Notes under the pieces: model-generated
Told to the model about the DNA's origin: nothing
The model's database searches: none
Seen by the model: only the letters and a program-made list of their open reading frames with translations
Origin: an uncultured Acidobacteriota bacterium
GTDB taxonomy: Bacteria > Acidobacteriota > Vicinamibacteria > Vicinamibacterales > CAVVIG01
NCBI GenBank assembly: GCA_963711765.1
Contig: CAVQFC010000004.1
Coordinates: 835,138 to 899,137 of the forward strand
DNA length: 64,000 bases
Direction of reading: 5' to 3'
Position numbers and translations under genes: made by a program
Shown: in pieces, positions 50,887-63,888 of the stretch
How positions within the stretch are numbered: the first letter of the stretch is position 1
How the letters are laid out: the number at the start of each line of letters is the position of its first letter

Positions 50887-51794
50887 TCTTCGTCGTTCCG
50901 TGCGTAGCGCGGAAGTAGCGCGACGGCAGCGGGTGATCGATCTTCGAGGCGATGAACGTCGGACGCGTCGCTCACCGCATCCAGCGACACTCCCGTTTCG
51001 AATCCCCAGTCCGTCCAGCATGTAGAGCAGGTCGTCGGTGGCCAGATTGCCTGCGGCGCCCGGCGCGTACGGGCAGCCACCGAGGCCACCGGCTGACGCG
51101 TCGAAGGTGGCGATGCCATAACGGCAACGCGGTCAGAACGTTCGCGAGCGCCGTTCCGCGCGTGTCGTGGAAGTGCAGCGCGACGTGATCGACAGGCAGC
51201 CGCGTCAAGCACCGCGTCGAGCACCCGCGGCACCTGGCCCGGATGCGCGATGCCGATGGTGTCGCTGATCGCGACTTCGAACACGCCGAGTTCGCTCAGT
51301 CGCGCGGCGACGTCGGCGACACGTTCCGGCGCCACCTCTCCTTCGAACGGGCAGCCGAACGCCGTGGACAGATAACCGCGCACGCGAAGACCGGCCGCGA
51401 TCGCCCGATCGCACACCTGCCGGTAGCCGGCGAGCGATTCGTCGATCGACTGGTTGATGTTCTTCCGGCTGAACGTTTCGGTCGACGCTGCGAAGATCGC
51501 GATCTCGGTGACGCCGGCGGCCAGCGCGCGATCGAGCCCGGCGAGATTCGGCACCAGCGCGGTGTAGCGGATGCCGGCAGCACGGCGCGATGCCCGCGAA
51601 CACCTCGCCGGCGTCGCGCCATCTGCGGCACCCATTTCGGGCTGACGAACGCCGACACCTCGATCACCGGGAGGCCGCGCCGCGCTCAGGCGGTCGACGA
51701 AGGCGATCTTGTCGGCCGTCGCGACGGTGACGTGCTCGTTCTGCAGACCGTCGCGCGGACCGACTTCGACGATCGTGACGCGAGTTGGGGTCAT
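50882..51794 (-). pseudogene. Hydroxymethylglutaryl-CoA lyase, seven +1 frame breaks
   Basis: MTPTRVTIVEVGPRDGLQNE, IEVSAFVSPKWVPQMA, HFHDTRGTALANV and [12 protein letters not shown]-type segments are found in stepping frames 2-1-0-2-1-0-2-1. Conceptual tail: ..[25 protein letters not shown]. Confidence 0.8.
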
Positions 51795-53728
51795 GCGGCC
51801 CCGGGCCCCAACGCCACGAGCACCGCGTCCGCCTGCACGAGATCGCCTTCGCGACAGGACACAGCCGTCACGGTGGTCGTCGCCCGGCGCGCGCATCGGC
51901 AACTCCATCTTCATCGCTTCGAGGACGATCAGCACGTCGCCCTTGGCGACGGTGTCGCCCGGCTTGACGTTTACTTTCAGGACGGTCGCCGGCATCGGCG
52001 CCAGAATCTCCGACGCGGCGGGCCGGCCGGAGCGCTGCCTCGATCTCGCAGCGGGCTCGGCTGTTGTCCGCGTCCGAAACACCTCGCCGTTCGAGAACGC
52101 CCAGCCATCGGCTGCGGTGCCTGCCACGTACACGATTTCGGCGCGACCGCCGGCCTCGACTCGATACACGCCGTCGCCGACGCGGGTCACCGTGGGCGTC
52201 TTATTCACGTCCCCACCGCTGGATGGTCGTCCACGGATCCGTCTGGTAGCGTCCGCCGGTTCGAGGCGAAGATCGCGGGTCCCGCGATGTCTGGCGGTCG
52301 CGTTCGGCCGCCTCGAGCGCTGCACAGACGTGTGGGGGCATTTCCGGCGGGCTGCCGGCCAGCGCCGCGCCCTCGCGATCGAGAAACGCGGTGTCCATCG
52401 TCCCCGCCCCGAAAGCGCGCGTGGTCGAGGACACGAAGCAGGAACGGAATATTGGTTCGAACGCCGAGAATCGGGAAGTCGCGCAGCGCCGAGCCGAGCC
52501 GGGCAATCGCGAGCTCGCGATTTTCGGCGGTGGCGATGACTTTCGCGATCATCGGGTCGTAGTAGATCGAGATGTTGCCGCCTTCGACGACGCCGGAGTC
52601 GATGCGGATGCCCGGCGATCGCGGTTCGCGATAGAGGAGGAGCCGTCCGGCCTGCGGCAGGAATCCCTGCGCCGGATCTTCGGCGTAGACGCGCGCCTCG
52701 ATGGCGTGTCCACGCTGGGTGATCGACTCCTGCGTCCACGGCAGCGGCTCGCCGGCCGCGACCAGAAGCTGCGCCTGAACCAGGTCGAGGCCGGTCACCT
52801 GCTCGGTGACCGGATGCTCGACCTGGAGCCGGGTGTTCATCTCGAGAAAATAAAATGGCGCGTCGGCCGCGCCGGCGCGAGCGCCGTCCACGAGAAACTC
52901 GATGGTGCCGGCGTTGCGATAGCCCGCGGCCTTCGCGGCGGTCGACCGCCGCTGTCGGTCATGCGGCGAGCGCAGTTCGGGCGTCAACGCCGGCGACGGG
53001 CTCTCCTCGATCACCTTCTGATGCCGCCGCTGGACCGAACACTCACGCTCGAACAGGTGAACGACGTGTCCGTGGTCGTCGGCGAAGACCTGGACCTCGA
53101 CGTGACGAGGCGACTCGATCAGACGCTCGACGTAGAGCGTGCCGTCGCCGAACGCAGCGGTTGCCTCGCGCCGGGCCGCCCGAACCGACTCGTCGATATC
53201 GCCAGCGTCGCGGATGGTGCGCATGCCCTTGCCGCCGCCGCCGGCTGACGCCTTGATCAGCGCCGGCAGGCCGATTCGCTCGACCGCCGCCCGCAGACCC
53301 TGGTCCGATTGATCCTCAGGCGTGTCGCCGGGGACGACCGGCACGCCGGCCGCTGAGACCAGCCGCCGCGCGTTGATCTTCGAGCCCATGCGCGCGATGA
53401 CATCAGGCGGTGGTCCGACGAAAATCAGGCCCGCGTCTCCGCAGGCGCGCGCGAACGCCGCGTTCTCGGACAGGAATCCGTAGCCGGGATGCACGGCGTC
53501 GGCGCCGGCGCGATCGCGCCGCCTCGAGCAGGCGGGCGGTCGAAAGGTAGCTGTCGCTGGCGGCCGCCGGTCCGATCGCGACCGCGCGGTCGGCGGCATC
53601 GACATGCGGCGCATCGCGACGTCGGCATCAGAGTAAACCGCGACGCTCTCGACCCCCATCTCGCGGCAGGCTCGGACGATACGCAAGGCGATTTCGCCGC
53701 GGTTCGCGATCAGCAGTCGCTCGATCAC
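51791..53728 (-). pseudogene. Methylcrotonyl-CoA (acyl-CoA) carboxylase alpha subunit: biotin carboxylase plus biotinyl domain, multiple frame breaks
   Basis: The GTG start overlaps the hydratase stop (GTGA). Motifs LLIANRGEIALRIVRA, the ATP-grasp region and EAMKME (biotinyl-Lys) are present. The stop overlaps the lyase ATG (ATGA). Confidence 0.8.
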
Positions 53729-54515
53729 GACCAGCTGGCCTTCCGTTTTTCGAGGAAGGCGTGCAGTCCTTCCTGGCCTTCTGGCGAGACACGCCGTTCG
53801 GCGATCGCGTTCGTCGTGATCCCGCTCGCCTCGTCGATGCCTCGGCCCCAGACGGCCGGAATCAACGCCTTCGCGGCGGCCACGGCCTCGGGGCCTGCGC
53901 TGGCGAATTCGCGAAGGTAACGCTCGACCGCGCCATCGAGCTCCGCGGCGGGGACCACGGCGTGGACCAGTCCGATTTCCTTGGCTCTGGCGGCCGAGAA
54001 TCGCGCACCGGTGAGGAACAGTTCGCGCGCCGCCGAGCGGCCCGATTTTGGCCAGCGCGAATGGCGAGATCACCGCCGGAAGAATGCCGAGCTTCACTTC
54101 CGTGAAGCCGAAAAGCGCGTCCTCCGCCGCGACCACGACGTCGCACACGGCGGCCAGACCGGCGCCGCCGCCAAGGGCAGCGCCCTGAATCCGACCGACC
54201 ACCGGCACCGGCAAGGCGTCGATCGCCGCGAACATCGCTGACATTGCCATCGCGTCGCGTTGGTTGTCCTCGCGTGAATAGCGAACCGTTTTCGACATCC
54301 AGTTCACGTCGGCGCCGGCGCAGAACATCTTGCCCGCGCCTGCCGAGCACCACCGCTCGAGTCTCGTGCCGCTCCGCTCGTGCGCGTACCTCGCCGGTCC
54401 ACGCCGTCAGCTCGGCGATGACGTGCTCGTTGAAGGCGTTGCGCACCTCAGGCCGATTGAGCGTGAGACGCTCGACAGAGCCTTCTTGTCGAATCGTCAG
54501 AAAGTCGTAGGCCAT
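53725..54515 (-). pseudogene. Enoyl-CoA hydratase (methylglutaconyl-CoA hydratase-like), frame broken
   Basis: MAYDFLTIRQEGSVERLTLNRPEVRNAF, FCAGADV, GGGAGLAAVCD and FLEKRKASW lie across frames. Confidence 0.8.
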
Positions 54516-54533
54516 GGCGTCCCGGTTGTCAGT

Positions 54534-54623
54534 ATCACGAAGGCACGAAAAACACGAAGGTCACGAGAGATCATTGGTTGAGCGTACTTGGCACTCGATG
54601 TTCTTTGTGTGCTTCGTGATGAG
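54534..54623. repeat. ACGAAG-word hairpin element, copy 3
   Basis: tatcacgaaggcacgaaaaacacgaaggtcacgag, a loop, then ttctttgtgtgcttcgtgatgag. It lies inside the liu-like operon, between the carboxyltransferase stop and the hydratase start. Confidence 0.65.
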
Positions 54624-54626
54624 CAT

Positions 54627-56236
<1,610 letters not shown>

Positions 56237-56237
<1 letters not shown>

Positions 56238-56476
56238 CACCAGCCGCAGCAGTCCGTCTTGAATCCGCACGACGCGCAACGCCAGACCGCATGCATGCGA
56301 TACATGTCGGCCCCGCACCGTTCGCACAGCGTTTTGTCTTCGCCGCCCGCAACCGTCGTCAGCGCCGACGCGATTCGCGTGATCGGACGTTTGGACGAAG
56401 GCTGCGCATCGGCCGGCGTGGAAGACGTTGGCGGGGTAGATCCCGAGGGTGAATCAGAGGCGTCGGATTCGGACAT
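56237..56476 (-). CDS. Small Ser/Pro-rich protein with a C-terminal zinc-ribbon (79 aa)
   Basis: ORF-track entry ending ..[30 protein letters not shown]. Its TGA shares one base with the ATG of the carboxyltransferase gene. Confidence 0.45.
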
Positions 56477-56661
56477 GCGCCTGAATTATGGCACCGTCGG
56501 CGCGGAACAGTTAGAGGCCTCGGCCGCCGCCTAACCGCGGGTTCTGCTTGAGATAGGTTATTAGCCCAGCCGTGCAAGTAATCTTCGTCTGTGTATTGAA
56601 ATACAACGCGTGATGTATTTGTGCATTGACTCATTGCGCGTTTTCGCTTCAGTATTCGTCC

Positions 56662-58081
56662 ATGAGTCTGAAACGCAAGAAGCGGGTGCTGGCGATAGAC
56701 GATGAGCCGGCGATGACCGAGTGGCTGAAAATTCTGCTCGAGCACGCGGGCTACGAGGTCAAAACCGCGCTCATCGGCACCCGCGGCGAGGAGTTGTTTC
56801 GCGCCTGGCGTCCAGATGTCGTGATCACCGACATGATGCTCCCGGACGTCGACGGGATTGAGCTGGTCCGCAAGTTTCGTCAGCTCGATTCCGAAGCCGA
56901 GGTCATCGTCGTCAGCGGCCAGGGCAACATCCCGCGATCCGTGGAAGCGGTGAAAGCCGGCGCGTTCGACTTTCTCGAAAAGCCGATCGACGCGGAGCGG
57001 CTGCTCGACAAACTCGAGAAGGCGATCAAGCAGAAGACGCTCGTTGACGAGAACGAGCAGCTGAAAGCCAAGCTGCAGGATCGCTACAAGTTTCAGAACG
57101 TGGTCGGCAAGAGCAAGAAGATGCAGGACCTGTTCGAGCTGGTGGAAAGCGTGGCCGCCAGCGAAGCCAACATCCTGATTCAGGGTGAGAACGGCACCGG
57201 CAAGGAGCTCATCGCCAATGCGATGCACTACAACAGCAAGCGGCTGAAGGGACCGTTCATCAAGATCAACTGCGCCGCGATTCCAAAAGATCTCATCGAG
57301 TCCGAGCTGTTCGGCTACAAGAAAGGCGCGTTCACCGGCGCCACGCTGGACAAGGAAGGCCTGTTCGAAATGGCGGAGGGCGGCTCGCTGTTGCTCGACG
57401 AGATCGGCGAGATGCCTCCGTACCTGCAGACCAAGCTGCTGCGGGTGCTCCAGGAACGCGAATATCGTCCCGATCGGCAGCGATCGCATCGTCCACGTCG
57501 ATTTCCGGCTGCTGTGCGCCACCAATATCGACCTCGATGCGGCGCTGCGCGACGGCCGGTTGCGCGAGGATCTCTATTTCCGGATCAACACCATCACGCT
57601 ACGGGTGCCGCCGCTGCGCGAGCGCACCGAGGACATCCCGCTCCTGTGCGATTACTTCCTCGACAAATTCCGCCAGCGCTATCAGAAGAACGTCAAGACG
57701 CTGGCCCCTTCGGTCTATCACCTGCTGATTCGCAACCGCTGGCCCGGCAACGTCCGCGAGCTCGAGAATGCGATCGAGCGCGCGGTGCTGGTGGCGAAGG
57801 GGACAGAGATCGCCGTCACCGATCTGCCCGAATCGATTCGTGAGGAGTCGACGACATCCGCCGACTTCGTCGTGCCGCCGCACCGGACGCTGGCGGAAAT
57901 CGAAAAGATGGCGATTGTGCAGACGCTGCAGCGCACCAACTGGAACAAGCAGGAAGCCGCGCAGATTCTCGGACTGTATCGTCCGACCTTGTACAGCAAG
58001 ATGAAGAAGCACGACATTCGCGATACGGCGAAGTCCGCGCGGAGCTCAGCCGCTGCCGTTCCGACCACTGCCGAGAAGTGA
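56662..58081 (+). pseudogene. Sigma54-dependent Fis-family response regulator (NtrC/AtoC-like), one +1 frame break
   Basis: Receiver domain (DDEP..D..MPDVDG), AAA+ domain with GENGTGKE and the sigma54-contact motif GAFTGA, and a C-terminal Fis HTH. The shift is at ccc 57469-57471. Confidence 0.85.
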
Positions 58082-58096
58082 CAAGCCCCGAGCGGC

Positions 58097-58112
58097 TGGC
58101 ACACAACTTGTA
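58097..58112 (+). promoter_or_regulatory. Candidate sigma54 (-24/-12) promoter
   Basis: TGGCAC-acaac-TTGTA versus consensus TGGCAC-N5-TTGC. The -12 element reads GT instead of GC. It lies 47 nt upstream of the ATG at 58159 and 16 nt after the activator's stop. Confidence 0.5.
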
Positions 58113-58158
58113 GCCCATTAGCGGCAAGTGACCTCGGGCGGACCCGAAGGAGGCATTG

Positions 58159-58446
58159 ATGGACAACTCCCGTGCAGTTCTGGCATCTCTGGTTGGCGCG
58201 ATGGTCGGCGGTGTCGTCGCTTACCTCTTTTTCACCGACCATGGCAAACGCCTGCGTCACCAGATCGAGCCAGCCATCGACGACTTGGCCCGCGAACTGG
58301 CCAGTTTCCGCTCGACCGTGCAGAAGGCGACCGGCGTCGCCACCGACAGCTGGCAGATGTTCAACGACGCCATCGGCGAATCATCTCCATCGCATGCCAC
58401 GCCGAGCGTGCGCTATTCCAATCCTCGCCAGACGTCTCCTTTCTGA
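58159..58446 (+). CDS. YtxH-like small membrane/stress protein
   Basis: AGGAGG lies 5 nt before the ATG. LASLVGAMVGGVVAYLFFTDHGKRLRHQI resembles the YtxH N-terminus. Confidence 0.55.
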   Translation: MDNSRAVLASLVGAMVGGVVAYLFFTDHGKRLRHQIEPAIDDLARELASFRSTVQKATGVATDSWQMFNDAIGESSPSHATPSVRYSNPRQTSPF

Positions 58447-58455
58447 GGTGAATCC

Positions 58456-58848
58456 ATGCCCGGCGGACTCGAAACCACGAACCTGCTCCTGGGCATCATG
58501 GCGGCGATCAGCCTGCTCGAGTCCATCGCGCTGCTGGCCATCGGCGTCACGATGTTCCGGATGTATCGCCGAGTGACGACCGCTGCTGAAACGATGGAAT
58601 CGCGTCTCTTGAGTCCGATGGCGACGCAGTTGAGCGACGTCCTGAACGATCTCAAGGAAATCACGACGACGGTGAAGGCGGACACCGAACGGGTGGAGCA
58701 CGCGATTCAAGACACGATGGTTCGCCTCGACGACACCGCCGACCGCATGCGAACCAACGTCCGCGTCAAGACCCGTCACATGGTCGGCCTCGTCCGCGGC
58801 GTGCGCGCAGCGATTGAAGAAGTCCTGCGTTCGCGCGAGGCCGCGTAG
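58456..58848 (+). CDS. Membrane-anchored coiled-coil protein (DUF948-like)
   Basis: 130-aa ORF with an N-terminal TM helix followed by long helical repeats. Sits between two YtxH-type genes. Confidence 0.45.
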   Translation: MPGGLETTNLLLGIMAAISLLESIALLAIGVTMFRMYRRVTTAAETMESRLLSPMATQLSDVLNDLKEITTTVKADTERVEHAIQDTMVRLDDTADRMRTNVRVKTRHMVGLVRGVRAAIEEVLRSREAA

Positions 58849-58890
58849 CCCAAGTCAGCAACCTGAACCTGAACTGTTACGGAGAGACAC

Positions 58891-59355
58891 ATGAGTAATG
58901 ACTACCGCACCGAAAACGACAGCAATGCCAATGGTGGTGCCGGCTTTGTTCTGGGGCTGCTGACTGGCGCCACGATCGGAGTGGGACTGGGACTGCTGTT
59001 TGCGCCCAAAGCCGGCGCCGAGTTGAGGAATCAGCTGGCCGATCGCGCCAACGACCTGGCGAACCAGGCCAACGAAGGCTATAAGCGCGCGGCCGGCACC
59101 GCGGGCGAGTGGGCCGATCGCGGCCGCGACGTGCTCGAGAAGGCGCGCGGCGCCGCGGTCAAGGGCGCGGACGAAGCGCAGCGCTATGTTCGCGACACCG
59201 CCAACTCGGCGTCGTCCGTCGCGCGCGACGCCGCCAAGACCACTTCCGCCATGGTGGACGAAGCGAGTCAGCAGGGCAGCACCGCCGCATCACAGGCCAA
59301 AGCCTCGATCCAGTCGTCGATCAACGACGCGGCCGCCGCAACGCGCCGGAGCTGA
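58891..59355 (+). CDS. YtxH domain-containing protein
   Basis: GFVLGLLTGATIGVGLGLLFAPKAGAELRNQL is the classic YtxH motif. It is followed by an Ala/Gln-rich helical region. Confidence 0.75.
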   Translation: MSNDYRTENDSNANGGAGFVLGLLTGATIGVGLGLLFAPKAGAELRNQLADRANDLANQANEGYKRAAGTAGEWADRGRDVLEKARGAAVKGADEAQRYVRDTANSASSVARDAAKTTSAMVDEASQQGSTAASQAKASIQSSINDAAAATRRS

Positions 59356-59360
59356 GGCGC

Positions 59361-59579
59361 ATGACCGACTCGACAGCACGAACCGTCGCCAACGTCGTGG
59401 TGATGACTGCGGGTGTGGCCGCGGCTTATCTGATCGTGACCAAGCCACCGCTGCGCCGGCTGGCGTACAGCGCGCTCAGGGTTTGGCTCGGCGCCAGCGT
59501 TCCCGTGTACCTCGCGAACCAAGTGCGCGACGCCTGGATCGAGGCGGGCCGGCCCGCGCCTGACATAATGGCGCGGTGA
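59361..59579 (+). CDS. Small hypothetical membrane protein (72 aa)
   Basis: The ATG is 5 nt after the upstream stop. One TM helix (VANVVVMTAGVAAAYLIV). The stop overlaps the YihY start. Confidence 0.4.
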   Translation: MTDSTARTVANVVVMTAGVAAAYLIVTKPPLRRLAYSALRVWLGASVPVYLANQVRDAWIEAGRPAPDIMAR

Positions 59580-60487
59580 ACGCGGCTCCTGCCGGTGGAC
59601 TCGGTCAGCGCGTGCGAGCCTTCGCGCGGCTGACCGGGCAATCGGCATGGCTCGGCCTCGACAGCTTTTATCACAGCGATAACCTGACGTACGCGGCGTC
59701 GATCGCCTATTACGGGTTGTTGTCGCTGTTTCCGCTGCTCCTGCTCGCACTGACCCTGCTGGGTCGCGTGACCGCCGACGCTCACGATCGGAACACGGTC
59801 CTCGAATTCGTCCTCCGCTACTTTCCGACCCAGTTCGGTTTCATCACCACACAGCTCGACTCGTTCGGCACCGGCGCGCTGACGCTGGGCGTGGGTGGAA
59901 CTATTGTGCTCGTCTGGGGCGCGCTCGGCGTCTTCGGCGCGATCAGCACCGCCGTCAACTACGCCTGGCGCGTCGAGCAGCAGCGCAGCTTCTGGAAGCA
60001 CAAGTTGATTTCCTTTGCGATGCTGCTGGTCGCGGCGCTGATTCTGCTCGTCGCCCTGCTGCTGGTCAGCGCATCGCAGGTGGTTGGGGCGCGATGGTTC
60101 GCCGAGGTTCTCGATCATTTTCCCGGCCTCGGCGTCCTGCGCAGCCTCACCGTCCGCAACGCCACCACACTGCTCTTCATCGTCGTCGTCGGCTTCATCT
60201 TCTATTACGTTCCCAATGCGAAAGTACGCCTGCGCGACGTCTGGATAGGCGCGCTGGTCACGGGCTTGTTGTGGCGGGTGGCGCTGGCTGGATTCTCGTG
60301 GTACGTGCGCGACATGTCCCGCTTCACGCGGGTCAACGGCTCGATCGGCGCAGTCGTCGTGTTTCTGGCGTGGATCTACGTGTCGGCGGTGATTCTGCTG
60401 TACGGGGTCGAGTTCACGGCCGCGTTCGCGCGACTCGTTCGTGGACGACCTGACGATGTGCCGGCCGCGCCAAGTCCACGCGTCTGA
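59576..60487 (+). CDS. YihY/BrkB family membrane protein
   Basis: 303-aa ORF with [15 protein letters not shown] and six TM helices typical of the family. Confidence 0.85.
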   Translation: MNAAPAGGLGQRVRAFARLTGQSAWLGLDSFYHSDNLTYAASIAYYGLLSLFPLLLLALTLLGRVTADAHDRNTVLEFVLRYFPTQFGFITTQLDSFGTGALTLGVGGTIVLVWGALGVFGAISTAVNYAWRVEQQRSFWKHKLISFAMLLVAALILLVALLLVSASQVVGARWFAEVLDHFPGLGVLRSLTVRNATTLLFIVVVGFIFYYVPNAKVRLRDVWIGALVTGLLWRVALAGFSWYVRDMSRFTRVNGSIGAVVVFLAWIYVSAVILLYGVEFTAAFARLVRGRPDDVPAAPSPRV

Positions 60488-60504
60488 AGTGTCATAATGA
60501 TCGG

Positions 60505-62631
60505 ATGAATCGTCTCGCGCGTGAGCGCAGCCCGTACCTTCTGCAGCACGCCGAGAATCCGGTCGACTGGTATCCGTGGGGCGACGAAGCGTTTGCCGCC
60601 GCCCGTACCGCCGACAAGCCGATCTTCCTGTCGATCGGCTATTCCACCTGCCACTGGTGCCACGTCATGGAGCACGAGTCGTTCGAGAACGGCTCGCTGG
60701 CGGCGGTTCTCAACCAGCACTTCGTCTCGATCAAGGTCGATCGCGAGGAGCGACCGGACGTCGATCGCGTCTACATGACGTTCGTGCAGGCGACCACCGG
60801 ATCGGGCGGATGGCCGATGAGCGTGTGGCTGACGCCGGAGTTGAAGCCGTTCTACGGCGGCACCTATTTCCCGCCGGAATCCAAGTGGGGACGTCCCGGA
60901 TTCATCGACATCCTGCAGGAGATCGCGCGCGTCTGGAAGGCCGAGCGGGCCAAGGTGGTCGATTCGGCCGAAGCGTTGACGTCGCGGCTGCGAACCATCG
61001 AGCCGGCGGCGCCCTCGGCGACGGTGCCGGGTCCTGACGCGCTCGCTCACACGCTCGCGCAGTTCCGCGACGCATTCAGCGCTCGTCTGGGTGGATTCGG
61101 TGAGGCCCCGAAATTTCCGCGGCCGTCTGAATTGCTGTTCCTGCTGCGCGAATACGCGAGGACCGGGAACGCTGACGCGCGCGAGATGGTGCTCCGCACC
61201 CTCCGGGCGATGGCCCTCGGCGGCATGCGCGATCATGTCGGCGGCGGATTCCATCGCTATTCGGTCGACGCCGAATGGCGCGTGCCGCATTTCGAGAAAA
61301 TGCTCTACGACCAGGCCCAGCTCGTGCTGGCGCTGGCCGAGGCCGCTCAGGTATCGGGCGACCGCTTCTATTCCGAAGTCGCCGAAGACACCGTTCAATA
61401 TGTGCTACGCGAGATGACCGATGCCGGCGGTGGGTTTTTCTCCGCCGAGGATGCCGACAGCGTGCCGCCGGAAACGCCGGGCGCGCGAAAGACGGAGGGC
61501 GCCTATTACCTCTGGCGCGCCGACGAACTGGATGCCCTGCTCGGCGCTGACGCGGAAGTGGTGAAGCTGCGATTTGGCGTCGAGCCGCATGGCAACGCAC
61601 CGCAGGATCCGCAGCAGGAATTCACGGGCAAGAACCTGCTCTACATCGCGCGTTCGATCGACGACATCGCCGGCCGGACCGGGAAGCCGGTCGCTGACGT
61701 CGTGGACATCCTGAATCGCACGCGGCTGCAGATGTTCGACGCCCGGCTTGGCCGTCCTCGACCGCAGCGCGATGACAAGATCCTGACCGCCTGGAACGGC
61801 CTGATGATCGCCGCGTGCGCGCGTGTCGCTCGTCTCCTCGCCGGGCTCGGCGACGCTGGCGTCAGCGTGGCGCAGCCGTATCTCGAGGCGGCCCGCCGCT
61901 CGGCGGGATTCATCCGTGCATCGATGTGGATCGCCGATTCGAAAACGCTGTTGCGCCGGCATCGCGGCGGCGTCGCCGAAATTGAAGGCTACGCCGAGGA
62001 CTACGCCTACCTTGTCGCGGGCCTGCTCGAACTGTTCCAGGCCGACGCCGATTCGGCCTGGCTCGAGTGGGCCATCGCCCTGCAGCAGCGCCAGGATGAA
62101 TTGTTCTGGGACGATACCGCCGGCGGCTGGTTCAGCACGACCGGCCGCGATCCGAGCGTGCTGATCCGGATGAAAGAGGACTACGACGGCGCGGAGCCGA
62201 CGGCAAGCTCGATGTCGGTGATGAATCTGCTGACCCTGTCGCATCTGGTTCACGAGCCGGCGTGGACTGATCGCATCGAGCGGACGCTGCGGTTGTTCGG
62301 GCCGCGGCTCGAGCAGATGGGCCGCGGCGTCCCGATGATGGCGGCTGCGCTTTCGACGGCGATCGCCGGACTGCAGCAGGTGGTGCTCGTCGATGGAACG
62401 GCGGGGAACCACGAGCTGCGCCGCGCGCTGGCGCTCGAGTACATGCCGTTCGCCATCCAGCTCCCCGTCACTGCCAATCGACAGGCCGCCCTGAGCGGGC
62501 GGTTGCCGTTCATCGCGGGCATGAGGCCCGTCGACGGCATGGCGTCCGCGTATGTGTGCCGCGACTTTACTTGTCTTCAACCAGTCACATCGGTTGACGC
62601 CCTGCAGCATGTCCTGAGGAACCCCGCATGA
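60505..62631 (+). CDS. Thioredoxin-domain protein (DUF255 / YyaL-type with a six-hairpin glycosidase-like domain)
   Basis: 708-aa ORF with [22 protein letters not shown] and [16 protein letters not shown]. Confidence 0.85.
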   Translation: MNRLARERSPYLLQHAENPVDWYPWGDEAFAAARTADKPIFLSIGYSTCHWCHVMEHESFENGSLAAVLNQHFVSIKVDREERPDVDRVYMTFVQATTGSGGWPMSVWLTPELKPFYGGTYFPPESKWGRPGFIDILQEIARVWKAERAKVVDSAEALTSRLRTIEPAAPSATVPGPDALAHTLAQFRDAFSARLGGFGEAPKFPRPSELLFLLREYARTGNADAREMVLRTLRAMALGGMRDHVGGGFHRYSVDAEWRVPHFEKMLYDQAQLVLALAEAAQVSGDRFYSEVAEDTVQYVLREMTDAGGGFFSAEDADSVPPETPGARKTEGAYYLWRADELDALLGADAEVVKLRFGVEPHGNAPQDPQQEFTGKNLLYIARSIDDIAGRTGKPVADVVDILNRTRLQMFDARLGRPRPQRDDKILTAWNGLMIAACARVARLLAGLGDAGVSVAQPYLEAARRSAGFIRASMWIADSKTLLRRHRGGVAEIEGYAEDYAYLVAGLLELFQADADSAWLEWAIALQQRQDELFWDDTAGGWFSTTGRDPSVLIRMKEDYDGAEPTASSMSVMNLLTLSHLVHEPAWTDRIERTLRLFGPRLEQMGRGVPMMAAALSTAIAGLQQVVLVDGTAGNHELRRALALEYMPFAIQLPVTANRQAALSGRLPFIAGMRPVDGMASAYVCRDFTCLQPVTSVDALQHVLRNPA

Positions 62632-62987
62632 CGATGTCCGTTGATGTGCTGCTGAAAGGCGAGAACGACGCGACCACCGTGGCGCTCGACGAACTGCCGC
62701 ACGCGCCGCAGGCGTGGACCGACACCGACGTGCGCCTGGTGCTCGAGCAGATGCTGCGGGCCATGGATCGCGTGAAGCGTCCTGGCGAGGAGGATCGCGC
62801 GGTGACGCTGCGCGGCCTCAGCTGGATCGTCAATCCGTTCGAAGACGGCGGCGTGGTGATCGCGATCGAGATCACGCTCGGCGCGGCAGTGGCGGGACCG
62901 TTCGATATCGACCAGGCGCGCCTCGAGTCGATGATCACCCGGGTGCTCGCAGCGCCTGAAGCGCCGACGTCGCCCACCGTTCACTGA
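62628..62987 (+). CDS. Hypothetical protein (119 aa)
   Basis: The ATG overlaps the upstream stop (ATGA). GC3-rich. No family recognised. Confidence 0.45.
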   Translation: MTMSVDVLLKGENDATTVALDELPHAPQAWTDTDVRLVLEQMLRAMDRVKRPGEEDRAVTLRGLSWIVNPFEDGGVVIAIEITLGAAVAGPFDIDQARLESMITRVLAAPEAPTSPTVH

Positions 62988-63018
62988 CGGCTCACTGATG
63001 CTCCCTGATGATTAACTG

Positions 63019-63228
63019 ATGGCGGACCCACTCACAGATGTGGTTCGTCGGCTGCTGTCTGAGCCCGAGTTCGCGGGTGTGCTGGCCGCTCGGATTGCGT
63101 CGCGAACCGAGCCGGTGGAATCGATCGACAGGCTCGTGGCGTACGCGCGCGGCAGGCAGGTCAGCGACGGTCAGGCGAAAGTCCGGCGCATCCTGACTGA
63201 CGCCGGTGTGTCGTGGGAGGCACTCTGA
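63019..63228 (+). CDS. Hypothetical protein (69 aa)
   Basis: ORF-track entry. Helical and acidic/basic mixed. No family recognised. Confidence 0.35.
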   Translation: MADPLTDVVRRLLSEPEFAGVLAARIASRTEPVESIDRLVAYARGRQVSDGQAKVRRILTDAGVSWEAL

Positions 63229-63336
63229 CGCGATTGTCTTGGATCCGCTTGTATATGGTTGCGCTGGCCGCCTCGGCGCGTGCATAGTGTCGCCTTGACC
63301 GTGGCCGTGCCTGGCCCGGCATCTCAGGAGGTTGAC

Positions 63337-63888
63337 ATGAACGCGTTCGCTTCTCTGCGCCGCCGCGTAGCGATCCTCGTGGTCGCGGTCGCGCTTTCTC
63401 TCGGGGCCTCTGTCAGCAGTGTTCGCGCGGACGGGCGCGATCGACTCTTGTTCACGCAGCAGGATGCCGTGCAGGCGTTCGACCTGACGACCGGACTGGG
63501 CTATCAAATCGGTACCGCGACCGGCGACATCATCGGAACGACGCTGGTGGAATTTAAGTTTATTCCGACCGGCGCGCCGGTTGGCGATGCGCTGCCGATT
63601 GCGTTTCAGAACAAGGTGACGATCACTGACATCGACGGCGACCAGATTTTCTTCGACAACAACGGCACCGGAACATTTCACCTCGGCGTGCCGGGCGCCG
63701 ATTTCCGCGGCACCGGCGGACCGCTGTCCGGCACCTACGTGGTGACGGGTGGGACGGGCAAGTTCAAGTCGGTGAAGGTCGGCAGCACGTTCAGCTATCG
63801 GGCAGTTGCGACCAATCCTCCGTCGCCGCCCGATCGCCTGGGCAACGTGTTGGTCCAGGTCTCGGAGCAGCAACACGGCCACCGATAG
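63337..63888 (+). CDS. Secreted beta-rich hypothetical protein (possibly dirigent/AOC-barrel-like)
   Basis: CAGGAGG lies before the ATG at 63337. Signal peptide present. The GTYVVTGGTGKFKS motif is reminiscent of dirigent-like barrels (weak recollection). Confidence 0.5.
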   Translation: MNAFASLRRRVAILVVAVALSLGASVSSVRADGRDRLLFTQQDAVQAFDLTTGLGYQIGTATGDIIGTTLVEFKFIPTGAPVGDALPIAFQNKVTITDIDGDQIFFDNNGTGTFHLGVPGADFRGTGGPLSGTYVVTGGTGKFKSVKVGSTFSYRAVATNPPSPPDRLGNVLVQVSEQQHGHR

